Of a stretch of 64,000 bases of DNA, positions 11,235-26,700 are shown one piece after another (the stretch's first letter is position 1; each line of letters starts with the position of its first letter). The DNA comes from Perna viridis (Eukaryota), in assembly GCA_037379345.1 (NCBI GenBank), contig CM074514.1, forward strand, positions 16,988,001 through 17,052,000, read 5' to 3'. The notes below the pieces were generated by a model, which had not been told where the DNA came from, ran no database searches, and was given only the letters and a program-made list of their open reading frames with translations. The translations under genes were made by a program, and so were the position numbers.

Positions 11235-14200
11235 TGTCAAATTCTAGGCACCATCCTGGAATTATAACACTCGGATCAGTTTCACTTTACCTCGAAATCG
11301 AGGCAGTGTGTAGATAATGGAATTTTCGTCAGTGATTGCCAACTTGCATGCGAGAAAGCATACAAAAACAACTGTTAGTTGGATAATAATCGTAAATAAA
11401 TGCTGCCGATATATATGATGGTGTACCTAGCGTAGGATAATCTTATCATTTTTATCTAATTTTCATCACAGTTTTTATATGTTAGTTTTGATATTTTTAG
11501 TAGTATTTTACTGTGTTTTTTGATAAAACAACATATTGGTGATTGAAGTGATTTAAATTGTTCACTTTTTTATGCAATATACATTTCAACGATCTTGACT
11601 ACAATGTGTTAATTGAATGGAAACAGCTATTGATATTTACAGTTTTTTTTATCATTAATAAAAAAAAAAACAACAACAAAATAAAAAATCACAACAAAAA
11701 CACAACAAACAAAACAATAATCATGTATACTGCACAAGGACCATTAGCTTGAAACGTGTGTAAAACGTTATCATAGTAAAGACCTTACCCGACGTCGCTG
11801 CTTACCTCTCCAGGCACTGAAATGATCGATTCTGTGATTTTATCGTACACTTGTTACTAATCGTTAGGTCACATCCGTTAGAATCCTAGTAATCAAGTAC
11901 TAATAGTTAACACATGATCCAACATAATATATTGCTCTATCCATAACTGTGTTGTTGTTCTGTTATAGTATACTGTCATATGAAGTATGTCGGGGAAGTA
12001 TGACCGAAATGGTCATACATTTTCTTTGACCCTAAAACACATATTTTAAGAATTCCTTCTTGTCTTTATGCACCATTTCATGCTCTTTTTCACTCTTCTT
12101 CCAAAAGAATGGGATAAGAAATTTAAGACTGTGTAAATATAAGAATAATCATACAGCTACAACATGAAACTCAATAAAAGATTTTTCAATATTACACATC
12201 ATAGTTCCAAGAAATCACGAGTAGCAAAAATCTGAGAAGATCAGAAGTCAAAGTAACATTAAAAAAATATGTACATAGCGAGCTAAAGACGTAACCGGTT
12301 ACGCTCAAGTACTTAATATAATATACATAGTACACCAATCTCCTTTTTTGTTTTGTCTTGTAACTCTGACATATTGATATGAAAACATCGAATAACGATA
12401 GAAACACATACAGATCACCAGCTTACCCCAAAGAGTGTTTATGTAGATAATCAGCTTACCCAAAAGAGTGTTTAGTTAAAAAACTTAAAATTCTTACTAT
12501 TTTAAGTTGGAGGTGAAGGTTGAAAAAGAGGTCGAATTTTGTCTGTCCTTGATCGTAGAAGCGATGGAAATAGGCACCAAAATTGAGATTATTTAGAAAG
12601 TAAGCAAATCATCTGTATGTATGTGAACTTGCATTTATTTTGTTAAAAGAAGTTTTTGATGAGGTTCGTCTTATACATGTTAGAGTGTAGAAAAAGTCAG
12701 CAAGGACAGGTGCACATTTGCTGCTCGTCAAAATTCCCTTTAAAGTAGCAGTCTTTATGAAATTCAGAGAGAATGCGCTTCATGCAAATAAAAACCAACA
12801 ATTTCACGTTAATTTCTTTTTCAAAAACAGTTACAGATAATGTAACCAGTTTTAGTTTGTAATTTGGTCGTTGCACTTTCGAGATACAAAATTTATATTC
12901 GTAGAATTTGCACTTTGCAAAAATTACTGGTCTTCGTTTGGTTTGATTTTGGTTATATCGAGGGTTTTAGTGGGAAATGAATGAATTTAAAACAATGCAG
13001 ATCTGTATACAGACATAAAAATATAGCATATGTAGACCAAAAAAGGCAATGTTTGTTCGGCGAGTTTTTCTACACCATGAAAATCACCTCTACCATAGGC
13101 TGTGTTCGAATTTTTGGACTAGTACTAATACACTCAAAATAATTGTTATCAGCATAGTCATAATCCAATCAATTAATTGTGTATTAGTTCTTATTTATTT
13201 TACGTACAAGGAAGCAGATCTTGAAACACCAAAGGAAGATAATCAATTTGCGATTTTCTTCCGTTGGAATCGTGTATGCGGAATTGTGTATAGTGTTATT
13301 CTTCAGTTCTCTTTATCAAAATATTGATGTATTGCATGACTTATATAAATAAAGATTATCATTTGGTGCTTTATCTGCAGGAACAACACAACACGTATTT
13401 TGCATGAACGGTGGAAAGTATTCTTGCATCGTCATGACCTTTAAAAATTTACCTTGGCCTTGTACTTACTCACATCTTAAGAACACCTATTCGGTGCAGA
13501 TTCCCCCCACAGTGATGGCTCGATATCCTCTTTCTTTCTTTGTTCCATTTTCTCGTAGCATCATAATTTTCCTTTCAATATAAAAATTAAGACTATATAT
13601 ACCTCAACACTTTTTAGGGTCCTTGAAAATTTAATATGATGAAGACATTGTTACAATCGTAAACCGTTCTGACACGTATGGACACACAATTCACGCTTGA
13701 AACAGCTCTGAATTTGGATTGCAATTTAACGATGGCTGAAATTCTGAAATAACCCCAGTGCATCTTCAGTAGGATTTCCATGTACCCTTATATCTCCACT
13801 TACAAATTAAACCGTCACCCAATAGTAAAATGAGAAGCGTTTTTGACTTTTTTGGTGGTCAGTTTTAATTCTCCATTGAGGCAAAAATCCATCTTTTTTA
13901 TTTTTCAAACTTCTACATTATACTGAACAAAGGAAATAAACAAAGGTATCATCGTGAAGCGAAATGTCTCATCCTTTGAACGGTACCAAGAAAGTCACAT
14001 TTACAGTATTTTGGATTAAATACAAAATGTACTGCTAAAATTGACATCTATATCAAAACCCCTATAGAGTGTTTATGCTTCAGTAGAAGTGGCTTATTTT
14101 GTATTTCCTATTTAGTATATAGATATAGTACCTTATCTTCAAATGAGCTCGAGTAAAAATGTTTTGAACTATTTCAAGTTCTTTTATGTGAAAATCGACA

Positions 14201-14997
14201 TCCTATCTCCCCTTAAAAGCGCAATTTGAAGGAAAATGCCATTTTAAAGCATATAAACACTGTACAAAAGATATTTTGAGCATTACGATTTTAGAAATCG
14301 ATAAAACGGGGAATTTTCGGAATTTCATTTTATTCCGTTTCACCTGGGTCAAGCAATATTTTCAAGAACTGATATTTATACAAGATTTTATACAATTGTG
14401 AACATGTATTTCTGGACTATCCTCATCATTGGATAGTCTAACATTTTGTAGAGTACATATCTGGTCACATATTTGATTAAATGTGAAAGTGTAACAACTA
14501 AATAAGAGCCATTTTCTACCTTCCAACATACAGTACCAAAACATGTTGTTTTAGTGCTCATTTGAAATATACATGTATTAACTTTGTAACTCTTTGTTTA
14601 TTTCTTTACTTCTGAATAAATTCTATTGATTTTTGTTTTTCCCCTTATAATGCATAATTGATATTCACTCACTCCAAGAATATCAATTGCTTCATCCCTT
14701 TAATGACTTGGAAAGTTTCATACAAATTTTCAACTCCAACTTTGATATTATGTTTTGGTCTCAAAGACTTGATGATATTGTTTTATCATAGTACGTATGT
14801 ACTAACTAATTCATATTCAGTTGTTTTTTTATGGAAATTTCTTTTTTTCTATATATCCAGTATAAAATAATAAATGCTTTGTGAATGCAACTTCCTTGAC
14901 TTTTATATTTTGTACATTGTTTAGTCGTGAACCCTGCAAAATATCAGTCAGCCATTAATACAATTAAGAGTCTTAAGAAAACTAATGTTTAACAGTC

Positions 14998-15003
14998 TTT
15001 ATT
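14998..15003 (-). promoter_or_regulatory. Candidate polyadenylation signal AATAAA of the giant gene (3'UTR about 2.4 kb)
   Basis: TTTATT on + strand; one of several candidates in AT-rich DNA. Confidence 0.3.
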
Positions 15004-17440
15004 TCATAATTATGTACAAACTGCAGTTACAATGTTAACATGTGACAGGTGAACTGACTGACAGACAGTAACAATTGACATCATTTTATATACAATGATT
15101 TGTCAGTCAGTTACTTGTCTACTGTAATTCTATGGCACCATATGATTAATGATTATATAACATCTAAACATAGTGCCAACCTTGGAGTCAGTATAAATTA
15201 CAATGTTTATTTTTTCTAAGTTAATTATAATCCCCATTTCCTAACTATGAATCACCTATTGGGTGTTCTCTATAATCTTTCTTCCTATTTTTTTCTGCCC
15301 ATTGCCTTTGATTGCATTTTCATCTTACAAAAAATTGTGGATGTTTTTCACAGTCGGCCCAAAATAGCATTCAATATGATAGGATTTTTTTCCCAACAAT
15401 ATCTTCATGACCATAGAAACAAAGAAATGCAGATAAGTTGACTTACAGTAATAATAATACATAATGACAACAATACTAACATTAAACTGGCAATGTAAAA
15501 ACCAACTTCTAGATTAACACTATGTAGACAGTGAAGGTGGAATGAAGAACATCCATGAGACAGATTATTACTACAATGCTGAATACATGTAAAATGGACT
15601 GAATTTTGTATTGCTTCTTAAAACTGTTCAAAATCATTTCAGAAAATCAAAGTTAACATCAAGCAAATATCAAAACGTGTTTTGACTATTTTCAATTTAA
15701 AGACAATAAAACCAAAAATAGATAAAGCAAAATCTTGTCTACCGGTACCATAATTAAAGCTCTAACAATGCTTAATTAGCACCTATTTAAAATATAAAAA
15801 AAAAAAAAAACAAACAAATAAGACAATTTTTGATTTTAGGAAAATAATTGCACACGACCACAGTTGTAATAGCAAAACAAATGTAACTAGAAATATTATG
15901 AACAAGCCCAAAAACAAGAAAATATCAATTAGATCCTAGTATATTTACCTTCCATAAGAATTTTTTACATACTAAAACACAGCATCAGCACTAGAAAAAG
16001 ATCAGTCATAATAAAACCAAATATATACCTACTACAATGTTTCCTTTAGATATAACCTTCTAATGTATATGAATATTGAAAAAAAAAATTTAGGACAAGA
16101 TTATTATCTCGAAATGTCATGATTTCTTTTTAACTTCAATATAGACAGTCATGAGCTACTGAGATTTGCATACATAGTATTGGGAAGTTTTATATTAAAG
16201 GACTTTTTGGTTGAATAAAAATGCAGATAAAATGACAATAAATACATGTAAATCTACTATGTACAATTAAATGACATAAAATTACAACTGAATACAAAAT
16301 CTGACATAATACACAATACAAATTAAATGCAAATAATGTTGATTGCTTGTGTGATTGGTATTAATATTTCTACATAAAAATACATACATCCATTATTTAT
16401 TAAAGGAAACATGTATGGTTAGAACACAAATGGTTAATTTAAATGTTGGTAAATAAATTAAATAAGGTGACATTATACACAAGATCCTGGTGCTAAAATT
16501 TTGTAGAACACCTCAAATGTCTTTCAAATTGCAAACCAAATCTACACACATTTGTATACTTCATTCTGTACCTCTTTCCAATTATACTAGAAATGTCTCT
16601 ATCGTTCCACTTTGAGATGGTTTTACATTCAGTATTGCTACTGACCCTAGGTAGGCATTTAAAGGATATATAGACATGGATAAATCTGACATGAAAAAAT
16701 ACACAAAATACCAAATGCCTGCATTAAATGCTGATACAAACAAAAACTATAAGACATACATGGATGGAAACAATAGTTTAATACATTCCTATTTCTATTT
16801 AAACTGAACACAATAATCTAAAAAATATAAGGCACACAAAATAGAAAGACTTAATAATGTCATTGATAAATCATAAAATAATTCTGTTACAACTTTTATC
16901 ACATGGCTGTATATACAGTCAAATGCATGTCAGACTGGTAGATCATGTCAGTATCTCAAGTCAGACTGGTACAGTGTGTCTGTGTCAAATATTTCTATCA
17001 CATCAATCACAGTTTTATTTTGCATTATAAATCAAGTTTGCCTGAAACTCTCTTTTGAAGAATGTTATCTTGTTCAGGAAGCTGTCATGTATAATAAGAT
17101 ATTTGCTCACAATTTAGACATGGCTATGCAATTTTACATAATTGCTAGACAAAGGTCATTAAATTCCTAAGTATCCTTGATCATTGTACATCTCCGTCTT
17201 GAACCCTAAAACATGGAAACAAACATTCTTGTCTCAGTTTCACTTAAGTACTTTAGCATGAGAAGAGACAATGCTGTCCCAACAAGCTGATATATTTGTC
17301 TCTCAAGGTAATAAATTAAGAATCTGGGTGGCCTCTCCACTTCACCTTGGCATTTCACAGGTTTATTAGATCTAAACATTTAGATCTATCAGCAGTTTCT
17401 AAGGAACTGGAAGATAGAGATCTTAGGCCAATCTCACTTA

Positions 17441-20400
17441 TCAGAAGTATGAATCTGATAAATCACTTTTGTTAGATATTGGGCTGTCATTTTTGTGAAG
17501 TGAGTCCTCCTTGTATTGACTGATACTGGAACTAGGTGAGGAATCCTTTGGATTAGAGTCGACTCTGTACTTACTGATACTCGAGTTAGGGGAGGAATGG
17601 TGAGGATCTGAGTCATCCTGGAACTGACTCAAATCTGAGCCTGCTGTAGACTCATGCCAACTCTTATTACTCTCAGTCTGAAAAATATCAAAATTAAAAG
17701 CTTTGTTATACCATCATTGATTAGTAATAAACAGTAAAGTCCAACTATACAATGGAGCTGGTGTTACCAGGAAGTAAATCAAACATCCTCTATAATAAAA
17801 TGGGGAAAATAAGTGGTTTCAAGTCAAGTTTACATAAAACATTTTATATTTCTGACGAAACCTTAGTCATCTACTGAAACTTCCTGTTATATCCAACTCT
17901 ATTCTAAACATTAAATACTACATAGAAAGTATAGAACATTAAATACTACATAAAAAGTATAGAACATTAAATACTACATAGAAAGTATAGAATTTTACAA
18001 TGATTGATACAGTTTTTATTTATTGTAATAGCCACTAAAGTCTTTTTACACCTTTTTTTCACAATTCCTGCTATTACTGTGCTATTTTAACTTAGTTCAT
18101 ATATTAGAACCTCATGTAAAAGACACAAGTTGCTGTAAATTCTTCATCAGAGCCAGGCAGCTTTTTTATTCCATGGGTAAATCAAAGAAATGAGATATTG
18201 ATTTGCCATGGCCTAAATGCAGAATATCTTGTTAAATATTGGTATCAAATGTCTATGGGCAGTATAATATATAGCTGTGCAGAATTACTACAACATGCTT
18301 TATGCTTCTACATGTAATTAAAATATTTGAAATTTGATATTTGATTATTTATCCTGTAATGGCAGACTGTATTATCTTCATATTTATGGCTGATGGCTCC
18401 ATGTATCTATCCAACAATTAAAACAATAGGAAGTTTATGCACATGGCTGCATATTGCTAACTTATCCAAAAAGAATTGAAATTTCCTGAGAATTGCAGGA
18501 TTAATACAACATGTGACAACTGTAGAGTCAAATGGGTCAAGCATTTTGACATAGCTTGGCCTTTCAAAAGGTACAAGCCCATTTCTAAGCCTGAAACACA
18601 AATTCTTAGTTGTTATATAAAGGTGTCAAAATATATGGGCATTTCTGTATTGAAGTTAAAAAGAGTTTGTATCGGAAATTCATGAATAGCATGCAGAAAA
18701 CCACAAATCACTTTCAATTGAAGAATGTTGGTCTGTTTTGTCTAACCTCATAGTTATGTTGTATCCTGACAGCTGTTGGTATTCTCAGTCTGAGAGGTCT
18801 GGTCATAGAAGTTTCACTATACTGAGTTAAATCCTACAAATAAAGCATTCTATATAATATCATATCTAGCTAGCAGTCCACTATACTGGCATTCAATCAA
18901 ACATGTAGTGAAGGTATAAAGTTATGTAAAAAAAAATGAAGGAATGAGTCAAGGTTTTAAACCTACTTTTTGATATTAGAATAACGACTTAAAAATAAAA
19001 ATGACATCTTTTTATTAATGAAAGTGCATCCACCTAAATATTTCAAATAAATAGCTCCGCAACTGTATTATGTCGAACTTAGTTCACTTGGGGCAAGTAT
19101 GGACACAATATTGGTTTTTGACACACTTATGTAGAGGAACATACAATTCATTATGGACATAACAACTGGTTTGAATACAATATAGTACAAAATTTGAAAT
19201 TCAATTAAAAATTTTCAAAATCTGACCAAATACAAGTACACAAAATCAATTTATTGGGGTGTCACTTCTTGACCCCTTAAAACCGACCACCAAAAGAGAT
19301 ATTTGAAATCAGATTGAAACACCCAGGCATAAATTTTAAGGAATGAAAAAAAAAATCTAAATTCGACCAAAATTTGAAAGTCAATTTTTTCTCATGCCCT
19401 TTTGACCCTTATAACTAAAAACTGTAAGAGATATCTGACACATATGGAAAATTGCAGGCAGGAATTTTTACAAGGAATCCAATAAAAAAAAAAAGAAAAT
19501 CAGACCAACAATTATGTCCCTTTTAACCCCAAAATGGTTAAAGGTAAGCCTATAATGTAAAAAAATTTATTAACAGAATTTCAAAAGAGACAGGTTGAAA
19601 ATCATAAAAATAGGACAAACAAAAGGTTTTTCTATCAATTCTAATGATAACACCATTTTTCCTCCTTTAAAGCCCTTATTTCCTTAAGAGGTGGGACAAA
19701 AACTGTAGGGCCATCTGCTATGTCCCTTGGAACAATGTCTTAAAATTTCGAAATGATCAGATAAGTTTTACTCTAGTTACTGTTAATAAACTAAAGTTGA
19801 CAGATGCCAAAGACAACAACAACAGGGTGATACCATTATACGACCAAAATTTTTATTTTGGTGGTATAAAAGGTCTACAAATGTTTTAGCAATGTTTAAG
19901 CAATACACTCAATAAGATACTGATATAAAAGAGAATATAATTTCTGAATGTATATAAGTAGATACTATACAACTCAGTATAAATTCTGGCTAACATATTC
20001 ATAATGCAATAAAGGACAGTGAAGCATGCAGAAATTAGCTAAGATTATCTGACAAGTCTAAATTGTAAACTATCCAACTCATAGAGGGTTGATGCAAGCT
20101 GGGGAGTGGTATGAAGGTAAATTTCACATAATACAATAATTTCTCTATTTAAAAGACAAGAAAGACTACTGCTTAGAAGTGCTCATGCATGTTCTTGGAA
20201 CTAAATCCATTCTATAATTAAATCTCTGCAGAAAAAAAATACTCTTATCATCATATAATTCATAACATCAGATTGAACAGTCTGGCAAAACTTGGTTTGT
20301 TTCCATAATAAACTGTGAATTTCTGTATGATTTGTTGATCTTAGGTATGTTTCTTAGTTTTGACATGGGCAATAAAGATAAGAAAGATAACCACCATAAT

Positions 20401-20729
20401 GATAGAGGGTAAGACTATAAGGGATGTTTGGCATGCATTACTCTAGCAGAAACACACCTCCTCCCCTTTGATATAGGTAAGCATGCAGTCCTCAGAGGTC
20501 TGAGAAATCTACCTCATGGTCAGGGTACATCGTCCTTGTCCACAGAGCAGTAGGTTCTCCAAAGTAAGTTGGATCAGACAGTTCTGAGTCTGAGTAAGCT
20601 GGATTTGTCCTAAATTGTACAGTTCTAGCAACACCACGAGGATAAGTAACAACTTCAATATGTCTATGTACTCTATCTATGTGCTGGTAGTTATGGGAAC
20701 CATGTTTTCTTTTCTTTTGTTGTGATCGC
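17441..20729 (-). CDS. Giant gene: cytoplasmic tail (3 exons) with NPAY motif and Ser-rich end SDSYF*
   Basis: ORFs 20492..20755 and 17441..17632 joined in phase 0 through exon 18747-18833 ([29 protein letters not shown]). Confidence 0.75.
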
Positions 20730-23700
20730 CTGTAAGAAAAAAACATATTTACCAAGTTGTGATTATAAGAACTATATTTAAAGTGTTTGTAGGATTTAAG
20801 GATTCTCCATGAAGTTTTATTGGTTTTTTTTATAAGAAGTTAAGTACATTTGCAATACATGTATATCAATTATAGAGGACTGGTACACTAATATTAACCT
20901 CTGATTTTCTCCTCATTTGATATTTTTTACCAAGATGATAAAAATAATTTTAGATTTTATACAAAGTCCAGGAGTGTATATTCAATAGTGAACCAACAAA
21001 CTGAAGTGGTAAAATGTGACTAAAAGTGAATTTTCCATGACTGTTCAATTGTTCTTATGTAGAATATTGTTTTCTGTATTGCCTTTAATACAAATATCAA
21101 GTCTTACCTTCTACAGATAATAACAGTACCAATCAACATAAATATCAGAACAAATGATGAGGCACCACCAGCTACGGCTATGATAGGAAAGGTATCTACA
21201 AAACATTTATAAAAATCTTCATACTGTAGATTTACATTACTTAAATAAGATGATGATCTAGTTACTGTTTTTGAAGGACATAAGCAGTACAAACTAATGT
21301 CATACCTGATGTGATAGTTTTACACACTGGTTCACCATTATTGTCAATGATGCAGGCTGATCCATGGCCACAAGCACCTGAACATTTATCTGAAAATAAG
21401 CATGATGTTGTTAAGTTCTACTTCTGTCAATATTTTACATAACAAGAGTTACACCATGCCGATTATGCTAGTCTATTGTAGAATTGTATCATAAATTTGA
21501 CCAGCAAGTATGAACATTGATGCCTTATGTATCAAATTTTGGGATAGATCAAATAAATGACTTTATTTTTAGAATTTCATAACATAAAGCACATGTCTAG
21601 TAATTTCAATAATTAAAGGACTCAATTTTTATAGGGGAAAAGCTAAACTTGAGATGAGACAAACAGACGACAGACCAAAGATTAAAATGTTCTACCTATG
21701 TCTACCACTTTAACGACTAACCTTGACAGTAAGTACCATTTCCTGTATAGCCCCATTTACAGTTACATTGGAATGAATCCTTGGTATCAACACAATCAGC
21801 ATTCTCATTACAATTGTCTTGACCTAATATACACTCATCAACCTCACCAGAGGAACATTTGATTACATGGAAGTCAAACTTAGTGCATGGAATACAAGAC
21901 CTTTGACCCTGATATGGCTGGTGGTAACCAGGGGGACATACTTTACAACCATTAGATTCCAAGTCATAGTAAAAATCTTGAGGGCAGGAAACTGGAAAAT
22001 TAAAAAAATATGATTTTACAGTTATTATGAATTTTAATTCAACTACTGCGAAAGTATTTTAATTCATGTATAGCAATTTTCGTGAATTAGGGGAGAAACT
22101 AAAGTTCATGGATTCTTAAATTCGTGGTTTTGAGGTTCAAAGTATACTCATTAATGGAAATCTCCTTTTCGTTGGGAACCTAATTTCGTGGTTTGGCCTA
22201 CCCACGAAAACCTCGAAAATTGGTACCCCAAGAATAATAGTACTTTCACAGTATAAAGATACAGTTTTGTATAAGGAGAATTGAATATGGAGATTGAAAC
22301 TCCAAATACAGTTGATACTTTTATCTAACTTTTGCAGTTATTAAAACTCCTGGTTAAACAATTGCCAAAAATGCATGCTTCTGTCTACCTAAGTCTTAAA
22401 TGTGTGGTATACTACTAGTGTATTATGGATGTTTGAATAGCTAGAGATAAATTCTACCTTTCATTTAGACAAAGAAACATACAGCAAGAATAGTATCAAT
22501 AATTTCTGTGAAACATTTTTTTTAGAATTTAGTCAAGAGATGTTTGAATAAAAGGTTTCTACTAACTGACAGAGCACTGTTCCTGAGATATAGCTCCTAC
22601 TGTCTCAGTACTTTTACCATAGGGACAAGGTAGACAACTGTTTTCTCCATCAGTTGGTTTATAAGTACCCAAGGCACAAGGTTCACATATGCCATAGATA
22701 GATAGCTCTGTGCCAGCTTTACATGTACCTGAAATTTTAACAATAGATAATAATAACTTTTAGACTACCCAAGATTATCTTTGCTAACATTCTTGCCAAT
22801 AAGTTTTCTTTTAAAATGTCTTAAATATAAGAATAAAGTAAATATAAATATAGTAATACCAAAAATTTCTAAGAACCAGAGAATGATGATGTATATTATT
22901 TATAATAATGTCATCAATTACTTTTTGGAATGTTCTGATTTATCATAAACAATAGTGGCATGATAACTAAAAGTTCTAATTACATACTTTGACAGTCACT
23001 AACAGAGACAGAACCAGTTTCTTGAGTTGTCTGCCCATTGCCACATGATTTACAAGATGTTGTCCCAGTTAGATCCTGGTAATATCCTCTAGGACATGAT
23101 TTACAGCCAGACATCTTGCTATCATAGTAATCACCAGCAGGGCATACCTCTACAAAGAATAAAATAAAATAACATTTATAGAATTAAACAATCTTTAGAT
23201 TAATTGATTGATAATGCTTAAATGTCTTTGGGCATATGATTCATGCATTTCAGGACTAGAATGATTGACCAATCAAACAAACCTTGCTATTAACTAGATC
23301 TTTATTGTGCCAGTTCACAGAGGCAACAGCTCACAGACAGGCATATTGCTTCACTATTACACATTCTTACTCTGAGCCGACCAGTCTTTACTCTATTTCA
23401 TAAATACCCCATGCTTGACAAAAAAAGCAGTGACTACCAATTCAAAAGTCTTTGACGAGACTTTGCCGGGAATCGAACCCATAACCTACAACACTGGAGG
23501 TTTGCATGGTACCTTGAGACAAACAAGGAGGTTAACATCGTAAAACAAACAATGATGTACAAGTTTAATAGAAACAACAATTCTTAGTACATATGAAGTA
23601 ATTACTTGCCTCAAATAAAGAACCTTAGTGAGCGTGTTAACATACCCCATGTGTCCCCATACTCAAGTAAATTTGTTTGTACGAGAAATACATGTAGAAG

Positions 23701-26700
23701 GACCCTGATAAAAAAGGAATAAGAGTGTTTTTTAGGCTTTAGATTTTTATCTTCTAACTAAATTATGTTTCTCAGAATGGTAGTTTCTAACTCAAGACTG
23801 TGATTTTTTTTAGTTTTAGTTAATCCAAAGTAAATATTGTAGTGACCTGTAACTTATCATGGTTAACTTATATACCAAAAATCATGTCAATATCTGCAAG
23901 CGTTTAGCAAAAAAGTCCGGAAAACTGTTATTTCTGTGAATTTTGCAAAGTTCGTGGCCCGTAATTTTGGTAAAAATAATTGGAGCAGAACGAAATTTGA
24001 ACTTGACCTGTAACTTATCATAGTGAACTTATATATCAAAATTCATGTCAATATCTGCAAGCGTTTTAAAAGTCCTGAAAACTGAAGATCAACTGACGGA
24101 CAGGTCAAAAACATACCCTTCGCAACTTCGCTGTGTGTGGTGTAATTAGAATTTTACTAATATGTTATTTGTTAAACTAAAGAGCATTCTGAGTCTGAGT
24201 GATTAAGGCCAAAAATGAGAATGAAACAAAACACTTACTATAGCATGAAGAAGAACTAGTTGACCCAGTATTTTCTGTAGTGAAGCCTGAATCACATGAC
24301 AGGCATGCGACTTGTTTCTCCTGGTCTGTGTACTGCCCTCGCTGACAAACCTCACAGGTCCCAGTCACTGAGTTAAAATAGGTTCCCTTTGCACAGTTGA
24401 CTGAAAAAAGAAATGATATGCTTTCCACATATTCCAACAGATATTTTTATCACTTACTATCTTTATAACTTCACTTTACATCTTTACAGGAAATGGCTAC
24501 AGAAATCAGACTGGTAAAAGATGATAAAAATACACTGCAGTGGTGGATCCATGGGGAGGGTGCAGAGGCTTGGAATTCCTCATTTTTATTGGAAAATTTG
24601 TCATTTTCATGTGTAAAATTGACAAAAATGGCAAATAATGTTCTAGCACCCCCTTTTTCTGAGGAACCCAAGCTGGCACCTCTCCTTTTCAAAGTGTCTG
24701 GATCTGCCCTTGCACTGCTAAATGTTCATAAATAACTAAGTGATATGACCGAACAGACATTGTTCCACAATAAAAGTTATCCAAATATTAGAGTCTGAGA
24801 AGAAGCCTACCACACAATCCATTGACCAGTATTTGTCCTAGCTGACATTTGATGTATGGTTTAACAACCAGTTTCTCTGGATCACAGGAAAAGTCAGCTG
24901 TATTGAACTCCTTGTTCTTGATCATAGTTTCAAGTTGTGTCAGAGGTAATGCATCAGCAGAATCTGTCATTAGTGAACTAAAACAAGAAATTACAGAGCT
25001 CGTATGTGTTCTGAACAGAATAATTTCGGCAAACTTTTCTTAAAACTATTGACAAAGTTCTTTTGTCAACAACAGAAGTATAAAATTAACCTTCCATAAT
25101 AAAAAAAATAATAGTACAGTAAATGCCCCAGCACAATGTGGGTTTATTTTTATCTATGAAAGGCAATCATAAAAAAGAACAGTAACAAAATATCTCAAAG
25201 TTTGTTATATATCTACTTACTAGATGTAACTGTGAATCAATAAGCATAGTTTTCTAAATCACACAACTCAGTAAATAATTCAAATCTATAAGCATCATTA
25301 ATCTTTATTCTATCAACTATAAAAGAATATAATGCCACCCTTTTACAGGAATGTGGAAGGTCAAAGAATATAATGGTATCCCATACCCATTTACAGGAAT
25401 GTCAAAGGTCACATAGTATGTACTGTCTGTAGATCTCTTCCGTCTCCTGGCCATGTTACAAGCGATCGTCACATTGGAGAAGTTACATCCTGTAGTAGGA
25501 CACAAACCAAACTCCATGTTCCATTGGTTCATGTTTTTGTTGAAGTTCTCACCCAATAATTGTTTATACTCAGTTGAACAGATAGGTCCAAGAAACACCA
25601 TTTCTCCTTGGATTGTACTTGAAGGCTCAGACGATTCTAAAAAGAACACATTGCCAGTATAACAGAGTAACAACTATGTCTTTGCACAAACAAAAATGAT
25701 TTTCTACACAACACAAAAAGATAAAAGGCTGTTTAAAAGTAGAATAATTTGAATAAGTACAAACATACAAGTAATTTTCAATAGATATTGATCTGTGTTG
25801 AACCTTAATTAATTGAGAGAAAAGAAAACAACAAATAGCCAATACAATAGACTATCCAAAGAAAAACCAGGAAGATCTTATGATATAGGGAGCACTATTT
25901 GTTTTGTTCCAATGTAATGTTTAACTCATTACTTAATGTATGATGTCAAAAAGATGAAAAATGTTTGAAAACAAAATTTGGCATGCATGTGCCCCTCACT
26001 GCCTGGATCTGTCATGGACACCCTCTTAAAATCTTAAATATCATATTACCAGCACAAATAGGGAATGTAAAGTCCTTTCCTCTAGGAGGATCCCAGAAAC
26101 CTTCACGTCCACACTTGTAGAAAGATGGAATCTGTTCAACAAAGTTATGTATACTTGGTTGATTACACCTGACAGAACAGCTGATACCCTTGGACCAATC
26201 AGCACAGGTAAGTGATACATTAGGGGGTGCTTTTGGTTTGCTACAATTTGATGCTGCAAAATATATAGTTACTTTTAACACATGTGAATGTCCCGAAAAC
26301 AGCAAGAATATTTACTGATTCTAGCTGTAACTTAATAAAACCATTATACCCAATAGAGACATTGAATATGTTCTATCAAATGAAGAAACAGCTATTTTAA
26401 GAACTTGAACTATATAATAATGACATACCCTAACATAATGTATTGTCTCAGGAATGATAAATGCAACAAACACCGTAATCTAATTAACATTTACGGTCCA
26501 AACCATTGTGTTCAGAATACAGTTTGGTCAAGTGGTTATATGTACTCTGGAAACCATAAGTGTGACTGATTTCAGATAGACAGATTAGCATAAGAATCAC
26601 TATTCATTCCTGAATCATTGAGATAGGATATGTAAATTAACCTTGTCACAAAGTAGACAGAAATTCAGGTGAAAATAATAGGCATAAGGAGTTTCCCTAA

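Noticed and set aside
13470-13565. Exon-like segment with ATGs and a GTGAGT donor upstream of the PDZ gene
   Set aside because: Cannot be joined in frame to exon 11139-11234; at most a 5'UTR exon, unsupported
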